A DNA stretch of 64,000 nt from Polyangiales bacterium (lineage in GTDB: Bacteria > Myxococcota_A > Polyangia > Polyangiales > Polyangiaceae): assembly GCA_038231275.1 (NCBI GenBank), contig JBBRLQ010000035.1, positions 1-64,000 of the forward strand, read 5' to 3'. The notes beneath the pieces are model-generated. The model searched no databases and was not told the DNA's origin. It was given only the letters and a program-made list of their open reading frames with translations. Made by a program: the position numbers and the translations under genes. The stretch's first letter is position 1. Each line of letters begins with the position of its first letter. Below, piece after piece: positions 1 to 10,892 of the stretch.

Positions 1-139
1 ACGAGATCTCCTTCGCGAGCCCCTTCTTCGACTGCACCTTCACCAGCGCAGCCGTCAGCGTCGTCTTGCCGTGGTCGATGTGACCGATCGTGCCGACGTT
101 CACGTGGAGCTTGTTCCGGTTGAATTTCTCTTTCGCCAT
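1..139 (-). CDS. tuf: Elongation factor Tu, N-terminal part (continues off the window edge)
   Basis: Reverse strand reads [31 protein letters not shown], which contains the EF-Tu G1 motif GHIDHGKT. Lies directly downstream of four tRNAs. Confidence 0.98.
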   Translation of the reverse strand, partial: MAKEKFNRNKLHVNVGTIGHIDHGKTTLTAALVKVQSKKGLAKEIS

Positions 140-206
140 GACGGGCTATCTCCGAGATGAGTGCCGGCCCGCTCAGAGGCGGCGGCACGAGTGGGGCTGC
201 GGTTCG

Positions 207-278
<72 letters not shown>

Positions 279-359
279 GATCGAAAGCGGGTTGTGGCTG
301 ACCTGCTGATGATGAAGGCGACGTATCGAGTGAAAGCGGATTTGGAAGCGGTTGCTTCG

Positions 360-432
360 AGCGGGAGACCGGGTTCGAACCGGCGACGTTCAGCTTGGAA
401 GGCTGACGCTCTACCAACTGAGCTACTCCCGC
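360..432 (-). tRNA. tRNA-Gly(UCC)
   Basis: GCGGGAGUAGCUCAGUUGGUAGAGC...CUUCCAA...GGUUCGAACCC...CUCCCGCU. Confidence 0.96.
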
Positions 433-502
433 GGACGGTTCGAGCGATGCGAAGAAGCACGAAGAATGAAGAGAAAGGAGCGAACGGCGAAGCAGTGGGA
501 AG

Positions 503-584
<82 letters not shown>

Positions 585-630
585 GAAACTTCACGATTTA
601 TTGCGAATCAAAAGTCTCCATCCGGTGCAG

Positions 631-702
631 AGCTGACGAGGGGACTTGAACCCCTAACCACCTGTTTACAAAACAGGTGCTCTGCCATTGAGCTACGCCA
701 GC
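631..702 (-). tRNA. tRNA-Thr(UGU)
   Basis: GCUGGCGUAGCUCAAUGGCAGAGC...UUUGUAA...GGUUCAAGUCC...GUCAGCU. The order Thr-Tyr-Gly-Thr-tuf matches the classic tufB operon. Confidence 0.96.
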
Positions 703-741
703 ATGACGTTCCAGGTGGGATCCCTGGACAAGCGGGCGCGA

Positions 742-770
742 AGAGTAGCCGCGCACGGCATAGCTAGCAA
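742..770 (-). promoter_or_regulatory. sigma70-type promoter of the tRNA-tuf operon
   Basis: TTGCTA-N17-TACTCT followed by a GC-rich discriminator (TCGCGCCCGC), about 40 nt upstream of the first tRNA. Confidence 0.65.
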
Positions 771-1010
771 GCAAAGCGAAAGCCAGAGAGTAAACCTAAG
801 CAAATTCAGGCAAGTAAGTCAGGGACACCTAACGACGGCCGCGACACGTCGGGCGCAGGGCGCACGAAGATACACGACCGCCTTCGGGGTGGCGCGAGGT
901 AGCGCGACGCGTGCCAAGAGTCAAGCGGCGGCTTGCTGCTGAGATTGCTTGTGGAAACGGCGGCGCACGGCGCGCGAAGATCGATCGCCGGGGCGGTGCG
1001 TAGATTCTGC

Positions 1011-1682
1011 ATGCCCTACCGCGACCTCGCCGCGCTGAAGACTCGCCATGAGGCGCTGGCCAAGGATCTCGCCGACATCCAGGCGAAGACAAAGGAGCTG
1101 AGCGGGCTCGCGCAAGAAGAGGAGCGCGTGCGTCGGGCGCTTGCGGAAACGGAGGCGCTTCTTCGGCAGACCCAACCCGTGAGCGCGCCGCTCAAGCTCG
1201 AGACGTTGACCGTCGCGTCGCCGTGCTCGGCCAAGTGGGACGAGATGACGGGCGACGACCGGGCGCGCTTTTGCGGCAAGTGCGAGAAGAACGTCTACAA
1301 TCTCTCGGCGATGAGCGCTCCGGAGGCCGAGGCGCTGCTTCGCGAGAAGGAAGGCGACGTCTGCGTGCGGTTCTTCCAGCGCGCCGACGGCACGGTGATG
1401 ACCGCCGACTGCCCGATCGGCGTTCGCCGGAAGCGCGTTCGACGGCTGGCGGTGCTCGCGACGGCGGGAGGCGCGCTGAGCGCGGTCGCGGCGATGATGG
1501 TTCCGCACGCGACCATGGGCGCGTGCAAGCCGCCGCACCGAGACCTGACGACCAACGGCGAAGGGCCGGTGGGCGTGACGCAGCCCCCTAGCGATGCCGT
1601 GCCGATGATGGGCTCCGCAGTGCCGATGCCGCCGCCGCCGCCGGTGCGGATGGGCCGAGTGGCGACTCCGCACGGGAACTGA
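1011..1682 (+). CDS. Hypothetical membrane protein: coiled coil, Cys-rich putative metal-binding domain, TM helix, Pro-rich tail
   Basis: Motif ASPCSAKWDEMTGDDRARFCGKCEKNVYNLS...VCVRF...DCP, then a hydrophobic segment. Start set at MPYRD. Confidence 0.75.
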   Translation: MPYRDLAALKTRHEALAKDLADIQAKTKELSGLAQEEERVRRALAETEALLRQTQPVSAPLKLETLTVASPCSAKWDEMTGDDRARFCGKCEKNVYNLSAMSAPEAEALLREKEGDVCVRFFQRADGTVMTADCPIGVRRKRVRRLAVLATAGGALSAVAAMMVPHATMGACKPPHRDLTTNGEGPVGVTQPPSDAVPMMGSAVPMPPPPPVRMGRVATPHGN

Positions 1683-1685
1683 CGG

Positions 1686-1895
1686 TCATCCGCAGCCGCA
1701 AGGGCTGCTGTCGTCGTGCGCGGCGCGCAGCGAAGCCACGGAGATCGCGGCGCTCGCGCCGATGAGTCGGCGCCGGCGCGACGCGGCGAACCGGCGAAAG
1801 AGGCCGGCGATCCCGAGGGCGACGTGATCGAGCGCAGGGTTGATGGCCAGAGCCGCGATCCCGACCACGATGAGTAGGACGTTGGAGAATTGCAT
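1686..1895 (-). CDS. Small hydrophobic protein (69 aa), divergent from lysR
   Basis: AAGGAG RBS upstream of ATG 1895; MQFSNVLLIVVGIAALAINPALD...SPCGCG. Confidence 0.55.
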   Translation of the reverse strand: MQFSNVLLIVVGIAALAINPALDHVALGIAGLFRRFAASRRRRLIGASAAISVASLRAAHDDSSPCGCG

Positions 1896-1954
1896 CTTGG
1901 GGCTCCTTCGACCCTCTTTGTAAGGCCGCACCTTCGCATCGTCACTCCACCTAT

Positions 1955-1973
1955 TTGCACATTGGCTGTGCAA
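1955..1973. promoter_or_regulatory. Putative LysR operator (inverted repeat)
   Basis: Perfect TTGCACA-N5-TGTGCAA palindrome in an AT-rich gap between divergent genes. Confidence 0.65.
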
Positions 1974-1983
1974 TAATGCATCG

Positions 1984-2871
1984 GTGTTCGAATGGGATGA
2001 TGCCCGGTATTTCTTGGCCATTTGCCGAACGAAGTCGCTGTCGGAGGCGGGCCGTCGACTCGAGGTGAACCAGTCCACGGTCGGGCGGCGGCTCCGGGCC
2101 CTCGAGAAGTCGCTTGGGACCGTTCTCTTCGTCCACACGGCGGACGGGTACCGCCTCGGACCCGCAGGCGAGCGCTTGCGGCCGCTCGCCGAGCGGCTCG
2201 AGGAGGCGGCGTTCGCGCTGGAGCGGGAGGCGACCGGACGGCAAGAGGCGCTGCGCGGGAGCGTTCGGATCACAGGTCCCGACGCGTTCAGCGCGCGCGT
2301 CCTGGTTCCGCTGCTCGCGGATCTGCGGGAGCGCATGCCGGGCATCGACGTCGAGCTCGTGGCGGAGAACCGCACGCTCAACATCACCACGCGCGAGGCC
2401 GACATGGCGGTCCGAACGCTGCGGCCGAAGGAGCCACAGCTCGTGACACGACGCCTCGCAGAGCTCGGGAGCTCGCTGTATGCGTCGACGGCGTACCTCT
2501 CGCGTCAGCCGATCACTACGGCGGGGCTCGCGCGGCACGCGTTCGTCGGCGTGGACGACGCGAGCTGGGCCGAGGAGATCTGGCTTCGGCGCACGTACCC
2601 GAACGCGCGCGTGGTGATGAAGACGAACAGCACGCCGTCGCAGCTCGCGGCGACGCACGCCGGGATGGGGATCGGCATCCTCCCGTGTTACATCGGCGAC
2701 GCGGAGCCAGGCCTCGTGCGCGTGGCCGAAGAGCGCGTCGTCGTGCGCCACGTGTGGCTGGCGCTCCACCAAGACCTGCAATACACGGGACGCCTGCGCG
2801 CGTGCGCCGATCACCTCACCGAAGGGATCGTCGCGCAGGCCGACGCGCTCGCGGGCATCCGGACGCGCTGA
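1984..2871 (+). CDS. LysR family transcriptional regulator
   Basis: N-terminal HTH (WDDARYFLAI...SLSEAGRRLEVNQSTVGRRLRALE), then a substrate-binding domain (READMAVR, GMGIGILP). Confidence 0.95.
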   Translation: MFEWDDARYFLAICRTKSLSEAGRRLEVNQSTVGRRLRALEKSLGTVLFVHTADGYRLGPAGERLRPLAERLEEAAFALEREATGRQEALRGSVRITGPDAFSARVLVPLLADLRERMPGIDVELVAENRTLNITTREADMAVRTLRPKEPQLVTRRLAELGSSLYASTAYLSRQPITTAGLARHAFVGVDDASWAEEIWLRRTYPNARVVMKTNSTPSQLAATHAGMGIGILPCYIGDAEPGLVRVAEERVVVRHVWLALHQDLQYTGRLRACADHLTEGIVAQADALAGIRTR

Positions 2872-2899
2872 GTGGAGCGAAGCGCAGCGGAGCGAAAAC

Positions 2900-2928
2900 G
2901 CTGCCGACGGAAGCGATCGAACGGCAGC
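2900..2928. terminator. Hairpin between convergent genes
   Basis: GCTGCCG...CGGCAGC inverted repeat between lysR and the TPR lipoprotein gene; no U-tract. Confidence 0.35.
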
Positions 2929-2942
2929 TCGCAGCGCCGCGG

Positions 2943-4100
2943 CTACTTCGGCGCCGAGGCCTTCGCGGTGGCCTTCTTCTCGAGGAGGTCGAGCGCCTTC
3001 TGAAGCTCCTCCTCCGTGAACGGGAACTTTTTCATCTGCGCCTTCTCTTCCTCGAGCGCGACGTCCATCTCCGCCTTCGCCTTTTCGGCGCGCTTGATCC
3101 AGGCCGAGTTGTCCTGGCCCGCCTCGCCGATGGTGAGCGTGCGTCGCAGCATCTCCGCGCCCTTCTCGAGGAGGACGCGGTAGCGGAGGTGCATCATCCC
3201 GAAGAAGAGCTGCTTGTCCTTGTCGCCCTTCGCGTTCTGCGCAGGGATGATCATCAGATCTTTGTGGAGCGCGCGGTACATCTCGCCGATGCGATAGCCG
3301 CTCATCGCCGCCCAGTGCATGTCGACGCTGCGGATCGCGTCGGCGTACGCGCTCTGCGCGGCCATGAGGCCCGACGCGCGTGCGTTGATCTTGACGAGAA
3401 AATCGTCGGTCACCGGCAAGAACGAGATGCGCTCGCTGCGCACGCGGCGGATCTCGCCGAGCGCGAAGCGGAGCTGCGCGGCGGGGCTCGGGAGGCGGCC
3501 GGTCATTCCGTATTTCAAGCCCTCGACGAGATCGAGGCCGTTCTGCACGTCGGTGGACGCGCCGACGTCGTCGCCCGCTTCGATCTTGGAGAGGCCGCGC
3601 GCGCCGAGGCCGGTCATGCGATCGACGTCGTCGGCGTCCTTGCGCGCGAGGAGGGCGTCGCCGATCTTGCCGAGCGCGGCCCAATCCTCGAGGTACGCGC
3701 AGAGCTGCGCCTCGCGGACGAGCGCCGCGCGTGTTCGCGTCGACTCGGGGAACCGTTTGATGAGATCGTCGTACGTGGCCTTCGCCTTCTCGCGAAGCTC
3801 GAGCCCTTCGTAGGCAGTCGCCAAACCGTACAGCGCGTCCTCGGTGCGCGGCCCCGTCGGATCGGCGGCGAGGAGCGTCTCGAACGCGTCGGCCGCGTCG
3901 CGCCACTTCTGCGCGAGGATGGCGCGCTCGCCTTTTTCCATGAGCTCCTTCGCGCTCCCCTCCGCGCGCGGTCCGACGATCTGCGTCGGAACCTCGACCT
4001 TCAGCGGGGGCGTCGGCGCGGAGCTCGAGGGAGGAGGAGCGCCCCCGCACGCCAGCGCAAGGAGGGACGCGATCGAGACGACGCCGAGGCGAAAGCTCAT
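2943..4100 (-). CDS. TPR-repeat lipoprotein (BamD/YfiO-like repeats)
   Basis: Lipobox LALAC-GG, Pro-rich linker, TPR patterns (ALYGLATAYE, YDDLIKRFPES, AAQLRFALGE). Start set at MSFRLG. Confidence 0.8.
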   Translation of the reverse strand: MSFRLGVVSIASLLALACGGAPPPSSSAPTPPLKVEVPTQIVGPRAEGSAKELMEKGERAILAQKWRDAADAFETLLAADPTGPRTEDALYGLATAYEGLELREKAKATYDDLIKRFPESTRTRAALVREAQLCAYLEDWAALGKIGDALLARKDADDVDRMTGLGARGLSKIEAGDDVGASTDVQNGLDLVEGLKYGMTGRLPSPAAQLRFALGEIRRVRSERISFLPVTDDFLVKINARASGLMAAQSAYADAIRSVDMHWAAMSGYRIGEMYRALHKDLMIIPAQNAKGDKDKQLFFGMMHLRYRVLLEKGAEMLRRTLTIGEAGQDNSAWIKRAEKAKAEMDVALEEEKAQMKKFPFTEEELQKALDLLEKKATAKASAPK

Positions 4101-4297
4101 CGCTCGATTCAAGCACGAATTTCCCGGGCCGCGGGCGTCTGCGCATGCGCGCGCACAAGCGCGTACCGGGCACTGGAATCCTTCGACGTGAGCGGTGTCA
4201 GTTGCATCCCGCGTGGACAGGCGCATGTTGGTTCTCGCGCGGGGGAATGAACGGGAGGACGCGCACGTAAGCGAATCAGACACGCTGGCCCCAGGGC

Positions 4298-4313
4298 TGG
4301 CGCGAACGTCGCT
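4298..4313 (+). promoter_or_regulatory. Putative sigma54 promoter
   Basis: TGGCGCG-AACG-TCGCT (GG-N10-GC) upstream of the 64-aa ORF. Confidence 0.4.
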
Positions 4314-4390
4314 GACCCCAACGGGCAGACCGCGGCAGCGACCCATCGGATGGCTATGGCGACAACGAAAAGGCCTCGGAGGAATCGTCT

Positions 4391-4585
4391 ATGAAACAGA
4401 TGACTCGGCTCTCGCTTGGCGAGCTCGTGGATACCGCCCGAACCCTCGACCTCCAGATCCTGAAATTGGATCGCCGCGGCGTGCGCGCGACGCCGGAAGA
4501 TCTCCACCGCGCCGCAGAGCTGAAAAAGATTCGCCTCCAGACGAAGGACCGCCTGCGAGAGCTCAGTTATAGGTACAGCCGCTAG
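4391..4585 (+). CDS. Small coiled-coil protein, DUF465/YdcH-like
   Basis: GGAGGA RBS; C-terminal ELKKIRLQTKDRL resembles the DUF465 signature. Confidence 0.7.
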   Translation: MKQMTRLSLGELVDTARTLDLQILKLDRRGVRATPEDLHRAAELKKIRLQTKDRLRELSYRYSR

Positions 4586-4609
4586 ACTCGACGACGCAGA
4601 GAGACCCCG

Positions 4610-5092
4610 TCAGGGCTCGTCGACGCTCTTCTTTGCCTTCGCGGGCACGGGCGGCGTCGGCGCCGGGTCTTCGTGTTGCTGCTGCAGCGAGCGGCGGTTG
4701 TTGGTGAGCGACTCGATGCCGTTCTGGTAGACGGCCTCGTTCATTTCCGCGATCGCCTCGGTCATCCGCGTCTTCCAGTCGGCAGGCAAGACCCCGGGAG
4801 TCTCGGACTCCATCGACTGGGCGAGGAGCAGCCAGTGGCGTGCGTCGGCGCGGTAGCCGATGCGGTAGTCCGTCATGCCGCGGAGGTACGCGTAGTGCGC
4901 GCGCTCCGGCGTGGACAGGTGCGACGTGTCCGGCTCGAGCAGGCGGAAGATCGCCAGCGCGCGCTCGTGGCTATTTTGCTCGAACGCGGTCTGCCCGCGC
5001 GAGAGATCGTCGCGGTAGGTGCTGCACCCCATCGCCGCAGGAAGGACTAGCAGTACGAAGAGCGCGAGGGGCAAGGCGATGGACGGTCGCAT
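4610..5092 (-). CDS. Hypothetical lipoprotein with a TPR-like helix pair
   Basis: Signal peptide ending AMGC-ST; YAYLRGMTDYRIG motif. Confidence 0.8.
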   Translation of the reverse strand: MRPSIALPLALFVLLVLPAAMGCSTYRDDLSRGQTAFEQNSHERALAIFRLLEPDTSHLSTPERAHYAYLRGMTDYRIGYRADARHWLLLAQSMESETPGVLPADWKTRMTEAIAEMNEAVYQNGIESLTNNRRSLQQQHEDPAPTPPVPAKAKKSVDEP

Positions 5093-5119
5093 CGCCTCCG
5101 AGAGTACCGAAGAAGAGGG

Positions 5120-6571
5120 CTACTGTACGAAGAAGTCTTTGACGACCGCCATGTGCTGCATGGACGCGGCGGCGCTGTCGCCCGCGAGCGAGGGCGGCGC
5201 GTCGGCGATGGGGCTGAACACTCGCGTGTCGAAGACGAGGCCGTTCGGACGCTCCACGGAGCCCAGTCGGGTCGGGCGCTGGAAGGTCCCGAGCGCTCCG
5301 CTCACCAGCACCCAGTCGTAGTGCTTGGCGCGTGATGCGTTGGTGTTCACATTTCCGCTTTGATCGTCGGGCAGCGGTGCGTTCACGTCCACGTACGCGC
5401 TCAAGATAGAGAGGAGCGCGGGATCGGAGGTGTTGAAGTCGCCGCCGATGGCGACATAGTCCCCTGCGGGGACGTTCGCCTGCAGGTAGCCCACGAGGGC
5501 TTGACCCTCGGCGATGCGCGCGCTGGCGTTGCTCGTCAGGAAGTGGACGCTGACGGCCCACAGATCGCGGGCGCCGGGGACGTCGATGCGCGCCCACGTG
5601 AAGTCGCGGTTCGTGACCTGCGGATCGTCCCACACACCGGACTGCACGATGGGGTACCGGCTGACGACGCCGTTCGGGATCTGGACGAGCGGCGCGCGCA
5701 CGTACGAGAACTCGGGACCGAACGCGGAGTCGACGAACGCGCGGAGGCTCGCGTCGTCGTTCGCACCGTAGTTGAGCTCCTGCACCAGCGCGACGTCGGG
5801 GGCGAGCGCTTTGAAGATGCGGATCCCCTCACCGGGATCGTACGACTGCGCGTTGCCGCTCGAGAGGTTGCCCGCGACGATGCGCAGCGCTCCGGGCGAA
5901 CCGGTATCCGGTGCAGCATCGCGCGTCGCGTCGGCGGTCGCGTCGGGTGCGCCGCCGTCGTCCGCGCTCGGCGCGAAGTCGGTTCCGTCGATGCGCTTGC
6001 CGGGAGAAGACGCGAGCGTGGAGCGCGCCGTGTGGAGGACCCACGCGTTCGCGGCGGAGCTCCCGTCGGGGTCGCGGTTGAACGAGACACCGTCGGTCGA
6101 CGCGAGCGACGCGTCGTACGTGAGGCTGTCCACGACGACGCCCGTTGCGTCACGGAGCGTCACGGTGTCGCCGCCGTTGCCGAGGCTCAGCGCGCCCGTC
6201 GACGCCGCGAGGGCGTTGGAGAGGCCGGCCGGGATCGCAGCAGCGCCGCCGAAGACCGCCAGCGCGCGTCCCGCGCCGAGCGTCGTCACCCCGAACGTGT
6301 GGCGCACGGCGACGCCGTCGGAGAGCGTGTAGCCCGTCAGATCGATCGCGGCCGAGGTCGTGTTCACGAGCTCGATCATCTCGCCGGCGGTGGCGGCGCC
6401 CGGCTCATTGGCGAGCACTTCGTTCACGAGGAGACCGGCGGCGCCCGGCGGCGTCACTGCGGCGACGGCGCGCGACTCGTCGGTACCCGGCGGGTCTCTT
6501 GGCGCGGAGCAGGCGCCCGCGAGCCCCGCGAGGAGGAGTCCCCCCCAGAGGACTACGCGCCAAGACCGCAT
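5120..6571 (-). CDS. Lipoprotein with a lamin-tail domain and an endonuclease/exonuclease/phosphatase (EEP) domain
   Basis: Lipobox LAGAC. LTD motifs LVNEVLAN, EMIELVN, LGNGGDTVTL. EEP motifs PDVALVQE, GGDFN, YDWVL. Start set at MRSWRVV. Confidence 0.85.
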   Translation of the reverse strand: MRSWRVVLWGGLLLAGLAGACSAPRDPPGTDESRAVAAVTPPGAAGLLVNEVLANEPGAATAGEMIELVNTTSAAIDLTGYTLSDGVAVRHTFGVTTLGAGRALAVFGGAAAIPAGLSNALAASTGALSLGNGGDTVTLRDATGVVVDSLTYDASLASTDGVSFNRDPDGSSAANAWVLHTARSTLASSPGKRIDGTDFAPSADDGGAPDATADATRDAAPDTGSPGALRIVAGNLSSGNAQSYDPGEGIRIFKALAPDVALVQELNYGANDDASLRAFVDSAFGPEFSYVRAPLVQIPNGVVSRYPIVQSGVWDDPQVTNRDFTWARIDVPGARDLWAVSVHFLTSNASARIAEGQALVGYLQANVPAGDYVAIGGDFNTSDPALLSILSAYVDVNAPLPDDQSGNVNTNASRAKHYDWVLVSGALGTFQRPTRLGSVERPNGLVFDTRVFSPIADAPPSLAGDSAAASMQHMAVVKDFFVQ

Positions 6572-6648
6572 GATGATGTTCGGCCTACGTGCGCAATGCG
6601 CGCGAGCTTCCCCACGCGCTCGAATCCCGTCGGCGTCTCTTTTCGCTT

Positions 6649-7956
6649 TTAGCGGCGAGGGATCGAAGGACGTGCGCGGCGACGGCGGACGAGGAGCAGC
6701 AGGGACGCAGCGAGCGCCGCGAAGGGAGCCGCGCTCGCCGTGGTGCCGCTGGCCGCACACCCACACATGGACGACGACGCGCGGTTCGGCGACGGCGAGG
6801 ACGATGGAGCCGACGGCGGCGCGGCGTTGACCGGAGGCGCGGGCGCGTCGCACTCCCACCCCGGCTTCGCGCGGAAGCTGCACGTGTCCAGCAGCGAACC
6901 GTCGACGCGCTTGGCGACCATCTTCACGGCGCCTTCGCTCACCTCGAATGCGACGTAGTGGTACGTCGACTCGACCTTGCGCGTGCTCGCGAGCGGCTGC
7001 TTCACCCGATAGAGAGGCGCGCCGCCGCCGCCCGAGACGACGTAGCGCATGCCCTTCTCTTCGCCGCGCTCGTAGATGTGATCGTGCCCGCTGAGGACGA
7101 GGTCGACCTTCTTGTCCTTCAGGAGCCGATCGACGCCCCCCGACAGCAGGCGCGGGTTGTCCCCGTGGGGACCGGCGGAGCGGTAGCCGAAGTGGACCAC
7201 CGCGATGCGCCACGCGAGGCCGGGCTCCTTGGACGCCGCGTCGAGCGCCCCCTTCAGCCAATCGATCTCCGCGCCCGAGTCGAAGGTGTCCTGGCCGTTC
7301 AGGAGGAAAAATCGCGTATTTTGCCAGCGGAACGAGCCATAGAGGCGCGGCAGCTCCTTGTCGCGATCGATCGTGGGGCCGAAATAGCGGAGGTAGTTGT
7401 CGCCGGCGCGCTCGATGAGCTCGTGGTTGCCGACGCAGCCGAACATGCAGCGGTCGCGAAGGAGCGGGTTCTCGGCATCGAAGAACTGCTGCCAGTCGCT
7501 CGCGTCGCGCCCGTCCTCGACGTAGTCGCCGGTGTTGAGGAGAAAATCGCCGGGGGCCTGCTGCATCGCGCGGACGACCGACGCGTGCGCGACCGGATCG
7601 CTGCGATTGTCGCCGTAGACGAGGAACGTGAACGCGCCCTTCGCGTCGTCCTTCGGCGCGGTCGTGAACGTGCCCTTCTGCGACGCGGCGCCGGCGTGGA
7701 GTGTGTAGGCGTACTTGCTGGAGGGCTCGAGGGCGCCGACGCGGAGCGAGTGGAACCCCTTCGCGTCCTTGCTCTCGACCTTCTTGGGTGCCCCCGCCCC
7801 GCTGTCTCCGGCGCCTGCTCCGACCCGCGCGACGTCGAGGCTGACGGGCTGCGGCGGCTCGACCTCGACGCGCACCGTGACGGCGTCCGAACCGAGCTCT
7901 TGCAGGTAGGGCCCCTTGGCAAAAGGGAGCGCCAAAACGAGGGCCAAGCCGAGCAT
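6649..7956 (-). CDS. Secreted purple-acid-phosphatase-like metallophosphoesterase with a MYXO-CTERM-like anchor
   Basis: KGPYLQ FN3-like N-terminus; GD, TGDYV, GNHE and SGHDHIYER motifs; C-terminus CGCAAS...LLLLVRRRR. Confidence 0.9.
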   Translation of the reverse strand: MLGLALVLALPFAKGPYLQELGSDAVTVRVEVEPPQPVSLDVARVGAGAGDSGAGAPKKVESKDAKGFHSLRVGALEPSSKYAYTLHAGAASQKGTFTTAPKDDAKGAFTFLVYGDNRSDPVAHASVVRAMQQAPGDFLLNTGDYVEDGRDASDWQQFFDAENPLLRDRCMFGCVGNHELIERAGDNYLRYFGPTIDRDKELPRLYGSFRWQNTRFFLLNGQDTFDSGAEIDWLKGALDAASKEPGLAWRIAVVHFGYRSAGPHGDNPRLLSGGVDRLLKDKKVDLVLSGHDHIYERGEEKGMRYVVSGGGGAPLYRVKQPLASTRKVESTYHYVAFEVSEGAVKMVAKRVDGSLLDTCSFRAKPGWECDAPAPPVNAAPPSAPSSSPSPNRASSSMCGCAASGTTASAAPFAALAASLLLLVRRRRARPSIPRR

Positions 7957-8127
7957 CGAAAACGACGTTTACCAGGAAAGGCTTCGAGACGCGGGCACGT
8001 ATGAGTCGGCGCTCGTCCCAGGCGCGATGCCGGGACAGGGCCGAGGCGCGTACGTGCGTCTCGCACTCCTGGCCACCCCCCTGGCCGCGTTCAATGGAAA
8101 AGCCAGCCTCTCTGATCCCCGTCACAA

Positions 8128-8156
8128 TTGACCAGCCTCGGGGGGCGGACTACGGT
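8128..8156 (+). promoter_or_regulatory. Putative sigma70 promoter of the kinase gene
   Basis: TTGACC-N17-TACGGT. Confidence 0.5.
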
Positions 8157-8258
8157 TCTAAAGAGCCGGGATCTTCAGAGGAAGCGTCTTCCGACGGGTC
8201 TCCGGACATCGACGCGCTCATCCCCGTGCACGTCGAGGACGGATTCTGTCGAGGAGTC

Positions 8259-10277
<2,019 letters not shown>

Positions 10278-10376
10278 CCTGCGTGTGGGTCGCTCCAGTC
10301 CGTCGCGGCTCCGAGCTCTGCCTTTGGCGTCGCATGTCTTGCGTGCGCAACACGCCTGCCATATGACCAGCCGACC

Positions 10377-10874
10377 ATGAAACTGCTCGCCCACTCTCCT
10401 CTCGTCGTCCTCTTGACCCTCCCGCTGCTCGCCTGCAGCTCGTCGTCGTCCACCAGCAGCAGCTCCAGCTCGAGCAGCTCCGGTACGTCTGGCAGCTCGG
10501 GGACCTCCGGCAGCTCCGGCACCTCCGGCAGCTCGGGCGGCACGGACTCCGGCGCTGGCGTTCCGGCCATCGTCGAAGGCTGCGCGACCGCCGACTTCGT
10601 CGACGACACCGCGAGCGCCACCGTCGCCGTGACGCCGTGGGACACGACGCTCGGCAAGAAGTGCATCAAGATCAAGGCAGGCACCACGGTGACGTGGGCG
10701 GCGAGCGCGACGCATCCTCTCGTCGCCACAGCCGGCGGCACGACGCCGAACCCGATCCCTTCCACTGCGGCCGCGACGGCGCAGTCGATCGCGTTCCCCA
10801 ACGCAGGCGTCTACGGGTACCAGTGCGCCGTGCACCTCAGCCTGATGCACGGCGCGATCTGGGTCGTGCCCTGA
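10377..10874 (+). CDS. Cupredoxin/plastocyanin-like lipoprotein
   Basis: Lipobox LLAC, Ser/Gly/Thr linker, type-1 Cu ligands H(PL)...C-x2-H-x3-M (YQCAVHLSLMHG). Confidence 0.85.
   Translation: MKLLAHSPLVVLLTLPLLACSSSSSTSSSSSSSSSGTSGSSGTSGSSGTSGSSGGTDSGAGVPAIVEGCATADFVDDTASATVAVTPWDTTLGKKCIKIKAGTTVTWAASATHPLVATAGGTTPNPIPSTAAATAQSIAFPNAGVYGYQCAVHLSLMHGAIWVVP
10474..10538 (+). repeat. 18-bp coding tandem repeat encoding (SSGTSG)n
   Basis: AGCTCCGGYACSTCYGGC-like unit repeated 3-4 times. Confidence 0.8.
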
Positions 10875-10892
10875 GTCGGAACGCGCGCCGCG

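Noticed and set aside
5120..8125. 1001-aa ORF as a phosphatase-nuclease fusion
   Set aside because: The upstream half is an off-frame overlap with the metallophosphoesterase, and the real gene has its own signal peptide from 6571. The same artefact explains 33340-36387, 40182-42530, 42904-44841, 53546-56164 and 60589-62931.
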